Position numbers and translations under genes: made by a program. The notes beneath the pieces were generated by a model that saw nothing but the letters and a program-made list of their open reading frames with translations, was not told the DNA's origin and did not search any database. Source: an uncultured Solirubrobacterales bacterium (lineage in GTDB: Bacteria > Actinomycetota > Thermoleophilia > Solirubrobacterales > Solirubrobacteraceae). Taken from it: a stretch of 64,000 bases of DNA. Where the stretch lies: contig CAWDQX010000008.1 of NCBI GenBank assembly GCA_963804555.1, positions 9,813 to 73,812 of the forward strand, given 5' to 3'. Shown piece by piece: positions 24,204 to 34,561 of the stretch (within the stretch, counting starts at the first letter, position 1; each line of letters opens with the position of its first letter).

Positions 24204-25139
24204 CTACAAATCGAGCACTGAGCCCTCGCGGGCAACGCTCACCTCGGGAGCTGAGCCGCCGCCCAGCCGCCCAGCCAACTCGTCGAGGGCGTCGTCGGTG
24301 CGGTCGTGGCGGTGGTGGAACAGCACCACCGAGCGGGTGCCCGCACGCCGGGCGAGCGCCACCGCGTAATCGGCGGCGGCGTGCCCGTAGTCCGCTTCCG
24401 TGGGGAGCTCCTCGGGGAGTAACTGAGCGTCGTGCACGAGCACGTCGGCGCCTCTGGCCAACTCGATCGCCGTGGCGTGGTACTCGCCGAAGCCATCCTC
24501 GCCCGGGCCGAGCGTCGTGGGGCAATGGTCCGGGATATAGGTGAGCGTCGAGTGTCCGTCGCTGATCCGGTAGCCGAAGGTGCGCCCGCCCTTGTGCGGG
24601 ATCTCGCGCGCGAGCACGGTGAAGCCCTCGATCTGCCATTCGCCCGGCGCGATCGTCACAAAGCTCCAATCCCCGCGCAGCTGCGTCGGTTTCACCGGGA
24701 AATAGGGAGGGGACATCATCCCGCCGAGCACGACGTCCGCGCGCTCCCCATTCTCTTGGTCGGGAATTATCACGCTGACACGCGACTTCGGATTGTCACC
24801 CGATGCGAAGAACGGGAGCCCAAGAACGTGATCCCAGTGCAGATGGGTGAGCAGGATCGTGCCATCGAACGGGGCGCCGTCGAGCAGCCCAGCGGAGACG
24901 GTTTGCAGCCCAGCCCCGGCGTCGAGGATCAGCGTGGGGCGCTGCCCCTCCGCGCCCGACTGCCCCTCCGCGTCCGGCCGCCCCTTCGAGCCCGACTGCA
25001 CCTCCGCGCCCCGCGGTGCATCCGAGCCCGAACCCCCACTGTGCGCTAGCGCCAGACACGAGGTGTGTCCGCCGTAACGGATGAAGTCGATGCCGGGCGC
25101 GGGGGTCGATCCCCGCACGCCGCAGAAGTTGATCCGCAA
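24204..25139 (-). CDS. MBL-fold metallo-hydrolase
   Basis: GVRGSTPAPG...YGGHTSC, THLHWDH, HDAQ, FHH; TTG start inferred. Confidence 0.88.
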   Translation of the reverse strand: MRINFCGVRGSTPAPGIDFIRYGGHTSCLALAHSGGSGSDAPRGAEVQSGSKGRPDAEGQSGAEGQRPTLILDAGAGLQTVSAGLLDGAPFDGTILLTHLHWDHVLGLPFFASGDNPKSRVSVIIPDQENGERADVVLGGMMSPPYFPVKPTQLRGDWSFVTIAPGEWQIEGFTVLAREIPHKGGRTFGYRISDGHSTLTYIPDHCPTTLGPGEDGFGEYHATAIELARGADVLVHDAQLLPEELPTEADYGHAAADYAVALARRAGTRSVVLFHHRHDRTDDALDELAGRLGGGSAPEVSVAREGSVLDL

Positions 25140-25198
25140 GCGGCTCAGCTCCGGTCGGGGCGGGTACTCGTATGGCGCATCGCGGGCATTATGTTCGC

Positions 25199-26737
25199 AT
25201 GAGCTACGACGCTTTGGTAGTCGGGTCCGGGCCAAACGGGCTCGCGGCGGCGATCACGCTCGAGCAGGCTGGGCGGCAGGTGCTTGTACTGGAGGCGGCC
25301 GAGCGCCCCGGAGGCGCGGTGGCGACCGAGGAGCTCACCCTCCCCGGATTCCGTCACGACACCTTCTCTTCAGTGTTCCCGGCCGGCGCGGCCTCGCCCG
25401 TGTTCGCGCGCATGGGGCTCGAGCGCCACGGCCTGTGCTGGATCCACCCTGCGGCCTGCCTGGCGCACCCGCTGCCCGACGGCAGCGCCGTGGCTCTCTA
25501 TCGCGACCTCGATCGCACTGTCGCGAGCCTCGACCGCGGCCATCCCGGCGATGGTGATCGCTGGCACGCATTCGCCGCCCCCTACCTGGCGCACTTCAAT
25601 GCACTGCGCGAGACGATGCTCGGTGGCTTCCCTCCGATCAGAGGCGCAATGCGGCTGACAGCGGGGCTCGGTCCGCGCGGCATCCTCAACTTCACGCGGC
25701 TGCTGGCGATGTCCGCAGAGTCGCTCGGCGACGATCTGTTCCAGGGAGACGGGACCCGGGGTTGGCTCTATGGCTCGGCGATGCACTCAGACGTGTCGCC
25801 GACTGGTCGTGGCAGCGCGATCGCCGCGGCATACATGAACCTGCTCGGTCACGGTGTCGGGTGGCCCAGTCCTGAGGGTGGCGCGGGCCGGCTGGCCGAT
25901 GCGCTCGTCTCCTATCTGGAAGAGCTGGGCGGCACGGTGCGAACAAGCGCCAGCGTGAAGCGAGTGGCCACCCAGCGCGGACGCGTCGTCGGCGTCGAAC
26001 TGCAGGACGGCGAGCGACTGACCGCAAATCTCGTGATCGCCGACGTGATGCCCGGGGCGCTTGCCACGCTCGCGGGCGATGCCCTGCCGGCGCGCTACAC
26101 TCGCGCGCTGCGCCGCTACCGTCTGGGCCCCGCGACGCTGAAGATCGACTGGGCGCTCGACGGTGCGATTCCCTGGACCGCGCCGGAGGCTCGCGAAGCC
26201 GGCACCGTGCACGTCGGAGGGTCAGCGGCAGAAGTTCTGCAGAGCACCGCGACGCACACCGGTCTACCAGAGCGCCCGTTCATGCTGCTGGGGCAGCAGT
26301 CGATCGCCGATTCCTCGCGCGCGCCCGCGGGTAAGCACACCGCCTGGGCCTACACGCACGGTCCTCACGCCGTCGATTGGGAGCGAGAGCGCGACCGGCA
26401 CGTCGAGCGCATGGAGGCCCAGGTCGAGCGCTTCGCCCCAGGTTTTCGCGAGCGGATCCTCGCACGCCACCTGCTTGGGCCCGTTGAGCTGGAGGCACGC
26501 AACGCCAACCTCGTCGGTGGTGACGTGGGCGGCGGCAGCTACGCGCTACGCCAGGTCATCTTCCGTCCTGTCCCGTCGCTTGCTCCCTACCGCACGCCGG
26601 TCCGCGGCCTGTACATCGGTAGCGCGGCCACCTTCCCGGGGGGAGCGGTGCACGGTGTGCCGGGTCACGCCGCCGCCCGCCTGGCGCTCGCCGAGGCGCG
26701 CGTCGAGCGTATGCTGAGCGTTCGATGGCGACCGTGA
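25199..26737 (+). CDS. Phytoene dehydrogenase-like NAD(P)/FAD oxidoreductase
   Basis: YDALVVGSGPNGLAAA, TLPGFRHD, YRTPVRGLY...PGGAVHGVPG. Confidence 0.88.
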   Translation: MSYDALVVGSGPNGLAAAITLEQAGRQVLVLEAAERPGGAVATEELTLPGFRHDTFSSVFPAGAASPVFARMGLERHGLCWIHPAACLAHPLPDGSAVALYRDLDRTVASLDRGHPGDGDRWHAFAAPYLAHFNALRETMLGGFPPIRGAMRLTAGLGPRGILNFTRLLAMSAESLGDDLFQGDGTRGWLYGSAMHSDVSPTGRGSAIAAAYMNLLGHGVGWPSPEGGAGRLADALVSYLEELGGTVRTSASVKRVATQRGRVVGVELQDGERLTANLVIADVMPGALATLAGDALPARYTRALRRYRLGPATLKIDWALDGAIPWTAPEAREAGTVHVGGSAAEVLQSTATHTGLPERPFMLLGQQSIADSSRAPAGKHTAWAYTHGPHAVDWERERDRHVERMEAQVERFAPGFRERILARHLLGPVELEARNANLVGGDVGGGSYALRQVIFRPVPSLAPYRTPVRGLYIGSAATFPGGAVHGVPGHAAARLALAEARVERMLSVRWRP

Positions 26738-26795
26738 GTCAAGAGATCCCCCAGGCGGCGTTTAGCTTGAGCGCCCATCGGGCATTCCCGGAGAG

Positions 26796-27638
26796 ATGAG
26801 CAGTCAGACCGGACGGATCCCGCGTGTTTCGCTCAAACCGAGCGTCGAGATTCCCCAACTCGGTTTTGGTGTCTTCCAGGTGCCGCCGCAAGACACGGAG
26901 GAGGTCGTCGCCCGCGCGCTCGACGCCGGCTACCGCCACATCGACACCGCCGCGGCTTACCGCAACGAGGGTTCCGTCGGAGCGGCGATCTACGCCTCAG
27001 GCCTGGATCGCGGCAAGATTTTCGTCACAACCAAGTGCTGGAACGACGACCAGGGCTACGAGCAGACCAAGCGGGCGTGCAGGGCAAGCCTCGAGCGTCT
27101 CGAGCTCGAGCACCTCGATCTCTATCTGATCCACTGGCCAGTTCCGGCGCACGACCTCTACGTCGAGACCTGGCAGGCTTTTATTGAGCTGCAAGCCGAA
27201 GGACTGGTGCGGGCGATCGGCGTCTCCAACTTCCAGCCTGAGCATCTCAAACGCCTGATTGCGCATACCGGTGTGACGCCGGCGATCAATCAGGTCGAGC
27301 TGCACCCGCACTTCCAGCAAGCCGGGCTGCGTCACGAGCACGAGCAACTCGGGATCGTCACTGAGGCGTGGGGGCCCCTTGGGAAAGGCCGCGAGCTCGA
27401 CGATCCCGCAATCGCTCAGATAGCCGATGCGCATTCGAAGACACCGGCCCAGACGATCATCCGCTGGCACCTGCAACTCGGCAACGTGGTAATCCCGAAG
27501 TCGGTTACTCCGCAACGCATCGAGGAGAACTTCGACGTCTTCGACTTCGAGCTCTCCGACGCCGAGATGGAGGCAATCAGAGAGCTGGATGCGGGCAGGA
27601 GGATCGGGCCCGATCCGGATACGTTCGTACGGCCCTGA
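26796..27638 (+). CDS. Aldo/keto reductase (2,5-DKG reductase-like)
   Basis: GYRHIDTAAAY, DLYLIHWP, IGVSNF, IPKS. Confidence 0.93.
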   Translation: MSSQTGRIPRVSLKPSVEIPQLGFGVFQVPPQDTEEVVARALDAGYRHIDTAAAYRNEGSVGAAIYASGLDRGKIFVTTKCWNDDQGYEQTKRACRASLERLELEHLDLYLIHWPVPAHDLYVETWQAFIELQAEGLVRAIGVSNFQPEHLKRLIAHTGVTPAINQVELHPHFQQAGLRHEHEQLGIVTEAWGPLGKGRELDDPAIAQIADAHSKTPAQTIIRWHLQLGNVVIPKSVTPQRIEENFDVFDFELSDAEMEAIRELDAGRRIGPDPDTFVRP

Positions 27639-27838
27639 ATAAGCCCATCGGGAAACCAGCCGGGAAAACCAACCGGGAAGGGACCAGCCAGGATGCGTTG
27701 TGACCTTGAGGATCTTCGCTGGAGAACGCTCCCCGACTCGATGGTTCCCCTTCGCTTACGTTTACGCGCAATTAACCCGATCGGCATAGCTTCGCTCGTG
27801 CCCGTCCTGAACGGGACCCGATCAAGGAGAAGCAACCT

Positions 27839-28603
27839 ATGTCCGAGGATCCGAGCAGCCTGCCTGGCCGACCACGTAGGACTCGCAAAGTGCTTCTCGC
27901 TCTCCTCGGCGGCGGAGTCATCGTCGTGGTCGCCGTGGTCGCCCTCGTCTACTTCGTGATCTTCCCCACGTCATCGCCTAAGCCGTTCTCGCTGAGCACC
28001 TCGTCCACCACTTCTTCTTCCTCCTCGGCAAGCAGTCAGGCGGGCGTCAGCTCGGCGGCGCAGGTCGCCGGACGCTGGGCGATCGGCAGCGGCTCAGCCG
28101 CCGGCTACAGAGTCAGGGAGAAGCTGGCGTTTTTGCCTGCGGAGAGTCAGGCCGTGGGGCGCACGTCGCAGATCACCGGCAGCGCCACGTTCGCAGCCGC
28201 CGGCGCGACCGTTCAGATCACCCAGGCATCTTTCAAGGTCGACGTCGAGACGCTCAAAAGCGATCGCACGATGCGCGATGAAAAAATCCGCGAAATCGGC
28301 TTGGAAAGCGAAAAGTACCCCAAGTCAACGTTCGTGCTCGCGACACCGATCACGCTGCCTACGAACGCATTGACCGGCAAAGTGGTGCACACATCGGCTA
28401 CCGGGGCGCTCGAGATCCACGGCACCACGAAGACCGTCACGATCCCGCTGGAAATTAGCCTGTCCGATACCGAGGTGCAGGCCGTCGGTTCGATCACCTT
28501 CCCGTGGAGCGAGTTCGACATGGTTGCCCCGAGCGTCGGCGGGTTCGTAAACGTCACCAACAGTGCGACGATGGAGTTCGATCTGGATCTACGAAGGGTA
28601 TAG
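27839..28603 (+). CDS. Membrane-anchored YceI family protein
   Basis: N-terminal TM; GYRVRE, LKSDRTMRD, GALEIHGTTK. Confidence 0.8.
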   Translation: MSEDPSSLPGRPRRTRKVLLALLGGGVIVVVAVVALVYFVIFPTSSPKPFSLSTSSTTSSSSSASSQAGVSSAAQVAGRWAIGSGSAAGYRVREKLAFLPAESQAVGRTSQITGSATFAAAGATVQITQASFKVDVETLKSDRTMRDEKIREIGLESEKYPKSTFVLATPITLPTNALTGKVVHTSATGALEIHGTTKTVTIPLEISLSDTEVQAVGSITFPWSEFDMVAPSVGGFVNVTNSATMEFDLDLRRV

Positions 28604-28614
28604 GGGAAACACCA

Positions 28615-29547
28615 ATGAAAGCCGCCGTCCTGCGCGAGTATGGAGTGCCGAGTCCCGGTGAGTTCGAGGAGCCTGTGGCCGGCACCGACCAGGCGGTGGT
28701 CGAGGTGCTCGTCGCCGGACTCAATCCCGTCGATGTCGCGATCTGCGCGGGGAGCTTCTACGCGGGCAAGCCGCCGCTGCCCTCGGCGGCCGGGCGGGAG
28801 GGCGTCGGCATGCTGGATGGCGATCGCGTGTATTTCGATGCGCCGATCGCTCCGTTCGGCTCAATGGCCGAGCGCGCGCTGATCGATCCTTCCTCGGCCT
28901 ATCCGATACCCGACGGGCTCGACGAAGGCGTCGCCGTCGCGCTCGGGATCTCCGGGCTTGCTGCCTGGCTCGCGCTCACCTGGCGCGCCAAGCTCCAGGA
29001 GGGCGAGCACGTGCTCGTGCTCGCCGCAAGCGGTGTGCTGGGACAGATCGCCGTGCAAGCAGCGAAGCTGCTCGGCGCGGCGCGCGTGGTCGCGGCGGCG
29101 CGCTCTGCCGAAGGGTTGGAGCGGTGTCTCGCGCTCGGCGCCGATGCCACCGTCCACCTGGGCGAGCCTGAGGATCTGCCGGCCGCGTTCTCGGCGGCGG
29201 CCGATGGCCGGATCGACGTCGTGATCGACCCGCTATTCGGCGAGCCGTTCGTGGCAGCCGTGAATGCCGCGAGCTTCGGCGCGCGGATCGTGCAGATCGG
29301 AGCGGGCGCAGGGGCGCAAGCGACGATTTCCTCTGCTCCGATCCGCGGGAAGATGCTCGTGCTGATGGGCCACGCCAACTTCGCCGCCCCGCCCGAGGTC
29401 AAGCGCGAGGCCTACGGGAAGCTGGCCGAGGCGGCGAGCGGCGGCGAGATCGTGGTGGAGGTGGAGCGGATCCCGCTCGAGCAGGTCGGCGAAGCCTGGG
29501 AGCGTCTGGCGGCGGGCTCGCACCGCAAGCTGGTGCTCGTTCCCTAG
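28615..29547 (+). CDS. MDR-family quinone oxidoreductase-like dehydrogenase
   Basis: MKAAVLREYG, GLNPVD, GREGVG, AASGVLG. Confidence 0.85.
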   Translation: MKAAVLREYGVPSPGEFEEPVAGTDQAVVEVLVAGLNPVDVAICAGSFYAGKPPLPSAAGREGVGMLDGDRVYFDAPIAPFGSMAERALIDPSSAYPIPDGLDEGVAVALGISGLAAWLALTWRAKLQEGEHVLVLAASGVLGQIAVQAAKLLGAARVVAAARSAEGLERCLALGADATVHLGEPEDLPAAFSAAADGRIDVVIDPLFGEPFVAAVNAASFGARIVQIGAGAGAQATISSAPIRGKMLVLMGHANFAAPPEVKREAYGKLAEAASGGEIVVEVERIPLEQVGEAWERLAAGSHRKLVLVP

Positions 29548-30788
29548 AACAGAGCGGACAGCGCTTCGACGAGACCTGGCAGCTTGTTCGGCCCTCTCGC
29601 GAGGTCCAGCTGGCGCACTGGCCGGGGGGTAGTCGCGAGATTCCTCGTCCACTGCAGCTCCTCCAAGCAGCTGAGGTCTTCGGCGTGTGGCGTGCACATG
29701 CTCAGCACCTTCTCGAGCACGTCGGGGACCTGCGCGCGCGCTCCCGAGCGCGCGTCGATCAGGCTCGCCTCGGCCCCGTCGCGCGCGGCTAGGAAACGGT
29801 TCTCGGCGATCACCTCCGGCAGGTCGATCGCGGGATCGGCCCCCGAGCCCTCGGTCGCCTCCAGGCGGATCAGGCTCTGCACGAGCGCGGTCAGCGCGAC
29901 CGAGTCGGCCACGGTGGTCTGCGCATCCATGATCCTGACCTCGATCGTTCCGAACCGCGGCTGCAGGCGCACGTCCCACCACAGGAAGGTCGGCTCGGGG
30001 AAGGCTTCGCAGGCAAGCAGCAGGTCGATCGTGCTCACGTAGTCCTCGTAGTCGTTGAACGCGCGCGGTATCCCCACACGGGGAAAGGCCTGGAACAAGG
30101 GAGTGCGGGCCGAGGCCAGCCCTGTCTCGCGGCCTTGCCAGAAAGGAGAGTTGGCCGACAGCGCGAGCAGCAGCGGCAGGTGCGAGCGCAGCCGGTTGGC
30201 CGCGAGCATCGCGCTCTCCGGGTCGGGCACGGCCACGTGCACGTGCAGGGCGAAGGTCGGCTCACGCCGGGCGAGCTCGCGCATCGATCCATACAGAAAC
30301 CGGTAGCGATCGCCCTCGGAGATCTTTGTGCTCTGCCACTGGGTAAACGGGTGCAGCCCGGCGACCGCCGCTTTCAAGTCGAGCGTGGCGAGCTCGCGCG
30401 CCAGCTCACTGCGCAGGACCTCGAGCTGGCTCAGCCCTTCCGCGACGTTCTCGTGCGGGTCGGTTCGCAGCTCGAGCGCCGACCCGTGCGTCTCGGTGCT
30501 CGTGTGTGCGGCGAGCACGCCCGTCAGTTTTGCCATCACCGCGTCGGCCTCCGACGCGAGCGACCAGTCGCTCGGGTCGAGCAGCATCACCTCCTCCTCG
30601 ACACCGACTGTCCACGGAGTGACGCCCGCGGGTGCCCAATCCGACCACGCTCCGCGGCTCCTCTCCACGGGACTAGCCTCCCCGCCCGCTCCGGACGCCG
30701 CGGGCACTCCGGACGCCGAGGACGCGAACGCCTCGGCCAGTTTGGCCGGGGCTCGCTCGCTTGCCCAGCTGAGCGTCTCAGACCGCAT
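29544..30788 (-). CDS. ybdK: YbdK-family carboxylate-amine ligase (glutamate--cysteine ligase GCS2)
   Basis: TVGVEEEVML, ALHVHV, LALSANSPFWQG, WWDVR..GTIEVRIMD, ENRFLAARDG. Confidence 0.9.
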   Translation of the reverse strand: MRSETLSWASERAPAKLAEAFASSASGVPAASGAGGEASPVERSRGAWSDWAPAGVTPWTVGVEEEVMLLDPSDWSLASEADAVMAKLTGVLAAHTSTETHGSALELRTDPHENVAEGLSQLEVLRSELARELATLDLKAAVAGLHPFTQWQSTKISEGDRYRFLYGSMRELARREPTFALHVHVAVPDPESAMLAANRLRSHLPLLLALSANSPFWQGRETGLASARTPLFQAFPRVGIPRAFNDYEDYVSTIDLLLACEAFPEPTFLWWDVRLQPRFGTIEVRIMDAQTTVADSVALTALVQSLIRLEATEGSGADPAIDLPEVIAENRFLAARDGAEASLIDARSGARAQVPDVLEKVLSMCTPHAEDLSCLEELQWTRNLATTPRPVRQLDLARGPNKLPGLVEALSALF

Positions 30789-31605
30789 GAGCCCCAGAGT
30801 CCTCCTCTTCCTGTTCGCTGGCGCTCTGCTGCGCGCTCAGCTCGGCCGCCGCCACCAGGCGCTCGAACAACGCCAGCTGCTCGGCTTTATCGACGAGCGT
30901 CTCGGCATGCCATTGGACGCCTAGGACAAAGTGCTCGTCCGGCCCCTCGACCGCCTCGATCACGCCGTCCTTGGCCCACGCGACTGCGCGCAGATCGAGC
31001 CCCAGCCGGTCGATCGCCTGATGATGAAACGAGTTGACGTTCACCGGCCCGCCGCCGGTCGTCTGCGCCAGGCCGCTGTCGGGCGACACGCGCACCTCGT
31101 GGGTGGTGCGATCCCCTGGCTCTGACTGACGGTGCTCGATGGTCCCATCGGTGATATCGGGTAGATGCTGGTACAGGGTTCCGCCACGCGCGACATTCAA
31201 GACCTGCGATCCCCGGCAGATGCCGAGAATCGGCATCCCGCGACGGTCGGCCTGCCTGCACAGCTCGATCTCGAAGACGTCCGCGTCGTGATCGATCGGC
31301 CCCAGCTCCGGATCTGGCTCGGCCCCGTAGCAGGTAGGATCCAGGTCGGGTCCACCCGTCAGCAACAAGCCTGAGAGCTTGTCCAGGAGCGGATTGACGT
31401 TCTCGCTTGCGAGCGGGGGCAGAGCGACCGGCAGTCCTCCGGCCAGCTCGACGGCTTGCATGTAGGACAGGCCGAGGGTCATCTCCGTCTGCGTCGGCTC
31501 GCCGTGGCGAACGCGCTGGGCGTCTTCCTTCGCGCGAATCTCAGAGACCGTCACGCCGATCATCGGCTTGTCTGTCTCCACCCTACGAAACCGATCAGTC
31601 GGCAT
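30778..31605 (-). CDS. PuuD-like gamma-glutamyl hydrolase (peptidase C26, class I GATase fold)
   Basis: LTGGPD, GICRG nucleophile, VNSFHHQA, GVQWHAE. Confidence 0.9.
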   Translation of the reverse strand: MPTDRFRRVETDKPMIGVTVSEIRAKEDAQRVRHGEPTQTEMTLGLSYMQAVELAGGLPVALPPLASENVNPLLDKLSGLLLTGGPDLDPTCYGAEPDPELGPIDHDADVFEIELCRQADRRGMPILGICRGSQVLNVARGGTLYQHLPDITDGTIEHRQSEPGDRTTHEVRVSPDSGLAQTTGGGPVNVNSFHHQAIDRLGLDLRAVAWAKDGVIEAVEGPDEHFVLGVQWHAETLVDKAEQLALFERLVAAAELSAQQSASEQEEEDSGAHAV

Positions 31606-31620
31606 TTGAATATCCCCGGC

Positions 31621-33021
31621 TCATGCCAATACCCACGTATCCTTACTCCCACCATTCTGGGAGGAGTTCACGACCAGCGCTCCTCGCTCGAAGGCGACGC
31701 GGGTGAGGCCGCCGGGGAGCACATGAACGCTCTCGCCGCTGGAGATCGCAAACGGGCGCAGGTCGATGTGCCGTAGCTCCAAATGTCCTTCGGTCACGGT
31801 GGGGTGACGCGAGAGCATCACGGTCTCTTGGGCGATGAAGCGCTCCGGCGCATTCGCCAGCGCGGCTGCTGTCTTCTTCAGATCCTCTGCCTGCGCGTGC
31901 GGACCGATCACCACGCCGTGGCCGCCATGGCCGGTGCGTGGCTTGATCACCAGCTCGTCGATGCGCTGGAGAATCATCTCGAGCACCTCGGGCTGAGAGG
32001 GGTCATAGGTGGGGACCGATTGCAGGATCGGCTCCTCGTCCAGATAGAAGCGCACCATCTCCTCGACGTAGGCGTGCAGCAGCTTGTCGTCGGCGACGCC
32101 GGTGCCGAAGGCGTTTACGCAGGCGAGCGTGCCTTTGAGCACCGGCTCGAGCAGCAGTTCCGCGATCCTGGTTGGCTTGCCGTGATCGTCGGTAAGCCGG
32201 TCCTCGTCGGTGCGCCGATAGATCACGTCGACCGCCCGCTCGCCGCCCGGGAGTTGCGCGAACAGTCGCCCCCCGCGGACCGAGAGCTGGTCATGGAGTA
32301 CGAGCGGCAGGTCGAGATATCTGGCGATCGCGGCGTGCTCATAGAAGGCCGAGTTGAGCTTCCCGTCGCTCAGCAGCACCACCAGCGGATCATCGCGAGC
32401 GGTGCGCGGCGCCGCGGCGCGCAAGCCTTCGCCGAGCGTCTGGAAGGCGCTGTCCAGCGAGCGCACGTGCAGTCCGGCCGGGGGTGGCAGGTGCCCACCC
32501 ATAACCTCACGGGTCGCCACGGCGTAGGCGATCCCGGACGGCGTTCTCAGGTTGTCCTCGAGCACCTTGAACGAGCCGTCGCTGTCGCGCACCACGTCCA
32601 GGCCCGCGACCGTGATCCATGAGCTGATCTCCTCACCCATGCCCGCCAGCTTTGGCTCGTAGTGCCGGGCGCTGTCGAGGCTCCGGGCCGGCACCACTCC
32701 GGCTTGCACGATCCGCCGCTCGCCGTAGACATCCCTGACGAACAACTCCAGTGCCCTTACGCGTTGCGCCACGCCGGTTGACAGCACGCCCCATTCCTTG
32801 GCGTCGATCACGCGCGGGATCGGGTCGATACGAAAGCCCTGCGCGCCATCGGCCGACTCGAACGAGACGCCGCGCCGGCGGGTGTCGCGGGCGACCGCCG
32901 CGCTCAACTCGCCCAGGTCTCTACTCCCGATCGACTCCCACACCCGGCGATCGTGTGCTGTGGCATGCCTTCCACCGCCTATGCCCTCCTCGAAGGAGCG
33001 GCTCAACTCTGTCGTGGGCAT
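31621..33021 (-). CDS. Circularly permuted type 2 ATP-grasp protein
   Basis: DPIPRVI, VLEDNLRTPSG, NSAFYEH, VDVIYRR, ADDK, LPGGLTRVA..VVNSSQNGGSKDTWV. Confidence 0.92.
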   Translation of the reverse strand: MPTTELSRSFEEGIGGGRHATAHDRRVWESIGSRDLGELSAAVARDTRRRGVSFESADGAQGFRIDPIPRVIDAKEWGVLSTGVAQRVRALELFVRDVYGERRIVQAGVVPARSLDSARHYEPKLAGMGEEISSWITVAGLDVVRDSDGSFKVLEDNLRTPSGIAYAVATREVMGGHLPPPAGLHVRSLDSAFQTLGEGLRAAAPRTARDDPLVVLLSDGKLNSAFYEHAAIARYLDLPLVLHDQLSVRGGRLFAQLPGGERAVDVIYRRTDEDRLTDDHGKPTRIAELLLEPVLKGTLACVNAFGTGVADDKLLHAYVEEMVRFYLDEEPILQSVPTYDPSQPEVLEMILQRIDELVIKPRTGHGGHGVVIGPHAQAEDLKKTAAALANAPERFIAQETVMLSRHPTVTEGHLELRHIDLRPFAISSGESVHVLPGGLTRVAFERGALVVNSSQNGGSKDTWVLA

Positions 33022-33032
33022 CCCCTGATTGT

Positions 33033-33059
33033 GTACCCGCTCAGCGCTCTGGTCATTCG
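33033..33059 (-). promoter_or_regulatory. Possible SigB/SigF-type stress promoter for the ATP-grasp operon
   Basis: Minus strand CGAAT-N16-GGGTAC ending 11 nt before the ATG; resembles the actinobacterial GGWWT-N16/17-GGGTAY consensus. Confidence 0.45.
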
Positions 33060-33069
33060 ACCTACGTCC

Positions 33070-33104
33070 AAAAAGGGGCTCCGCCGCTTGGACGGAGCCC
33101 CTTT
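33070..33104 (-). terminator. Intrinsic terminator
   Basis: Minus strand AAAGGGGCTCCG-loop-CGGAGCCCCTTTTT immediately after the 33130 stop. Confidence 0.8.
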
Positions 33105-33129
33105 CTGGTTATCCCTTATCCCTTGACCG

Positions 33130-34503
33130 CTATTCGCTGCTTGGTGCTTCTGGTTTTTCAGCTTCCGATCCCGTGGTCTGGCCTTCGCCCGGCTGCGTCG
33201 AGTTGCCTGGCGCCTCCGGTGTGAGCGCGGATGCCGGCGCCGGGGTCACGGTGATCGTGAACGGCTGGCTGACCGCACGGCCGTTGTCCGGTCCGCCGGG
33301 GATGTCGATCCGCACGATCTTCGTGCCCGGAACGTAGAACTGGTGAACGATCGAGTACTCAGAGCCCGGCAGCACACGCCCGACCTGGATGACGTGGAAT
33401 CCCGTGCCGTTCGCGTTCTGTCGCTCGAGGTAAATGATGTGCCCGCTGTGGTCGGGGGCGACCGTGCCCGAGAACGTCACCGCCTGCCCGGCCTGAACCG
33501 TGCTCGGCGAGGCTTCGGCGGTGAGCACGTTTTTGACGCCCTCGTACAGCACGGCCGACTTCTGCCGCCCGGCGCCCTTGACCCTGTACAGCGTGCTGTT
33601 CACCGGCGACTGCGCCGGGAAGCTGTAGCTGCCGCCCGCGCCTGTGCTCACCTCGGCAACCGGGGCGAAGCCCAGTTGATGGACGGTGCGCGCCTCGAGC
33701 GTGACTGACTGGCTCGTCGTGGCGCCCGCGAGGACACCGGAGATCGTCACTGACTGCCCGTAGCTGATCGGGTCGGCGGAGCTCGAGATCGTCAGGCTCG
33801 GGTTCTGAGTCTGGGAGATCTCATACTCCAGCGAAGTCGAGGGGCTCGGGATGTTGAGCCCATCGCTGCGCACGAGCACGCGAATGCTCGCGTCGCCGGG
33901 CACACGGAAGATGTGCGTGATCGAATAGATCCCGCCGGCCATCACCTGGCCGATGCCGATCCGATGCCATTCGTCGCCGGTGATCGCGTTCTGGCGCTGC
34001 AGGATCACGCGCGCGCCGACGTCAGTGGGAGTGACCGTACCGCTGAACGTCTCGCTGTTGGGTGCGCCGGTTTCGATCTGGGTGCCTTCGGGCGGCCCGG
34101 TGAGCGTCACCTGTGCGGCGACCCGCAGGCGCCTGCGTCCACTCTGCGCCCCGTGTGAGCGAACGTAGAACGAGGTGTTCGCGCTCTCGGCGGCGGTCGA
34201 GAACTTGTAGGCGCCGCTCGTTTCGGTGCTCGTGCTCTGCACGGGGACATAGCCTGCGCTTCCGGGAACATGGGCGTACAGCGTGACCGCCTGCCCGCCG
34301 GTGTTTGCGTGGCGGTGACATGCGAGGCGACCGGATATTTCGGTCGCTTCCCCGGCGGTGATCAGTCGCGGCGCGATGCTTGTGATGTTGATCCGGCAGC
34401 GCCCGAGCGGACTCGGATGCTTGTGAGCTGAGGCGGCAGCCGGAGCCAGCGCCAGCAGTGAGGTCGCGGCGATCAGGGCCGGACCGAGTTTTCCAAGACG
34501 CAT
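33130..34503 (-). CDS. Secreted protein with about four tandem Ig-like beta domains
   Basis: RBS GGAGG, signal peptide (LAPAAASA), repeated TFSGTV.P / TISG.L units. Confidence 0.7.
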   Translation of the reverse strand: MRLGKLGPALIAATSLLALAPAAASAHKHPSPLGRCRINITSIAPRLITAGEATEISGRLACHRHANTGGQAVTLYAHVPGSAGYVPVQSTSTETSGAYKFSTAAESANTSFYVRSHGAQSGRRRLRVAAQVTLTGPPEGTQIETGAPNSETFSGTVTPTDVGARVILQRQNAITGDEWHRIGIGQVMAGGIYSITHIFRVPGDASIRVLVRSDGLNIPSPSTSLEYEISQTQNPSLTISSSADPISYGQSVTISGVLAGATTSQSVTLEARTVHQLGFAPVAEVSTGAGGSYSFPAQSPVNSTLYRVKGAGRQKSAVLYEGVKNVLTAEASPSTVQAGQAVTFSGTVAPDHSGHIIYLERQNANGTGFHVIQVGRVLPGSEYSIVHQFYVPGTKIVRIDIPGGPDNGRAVSQPFTITVTPAPASALTPEAPGNSTQPGEGQTTGSEAEKPEAPSSE

Positions 34504-34561
34504 GGTGCGTTCCTCCCGTTGAGTTTTAGTGCACATCTACGCCTACGACTGCCCGTCCACC

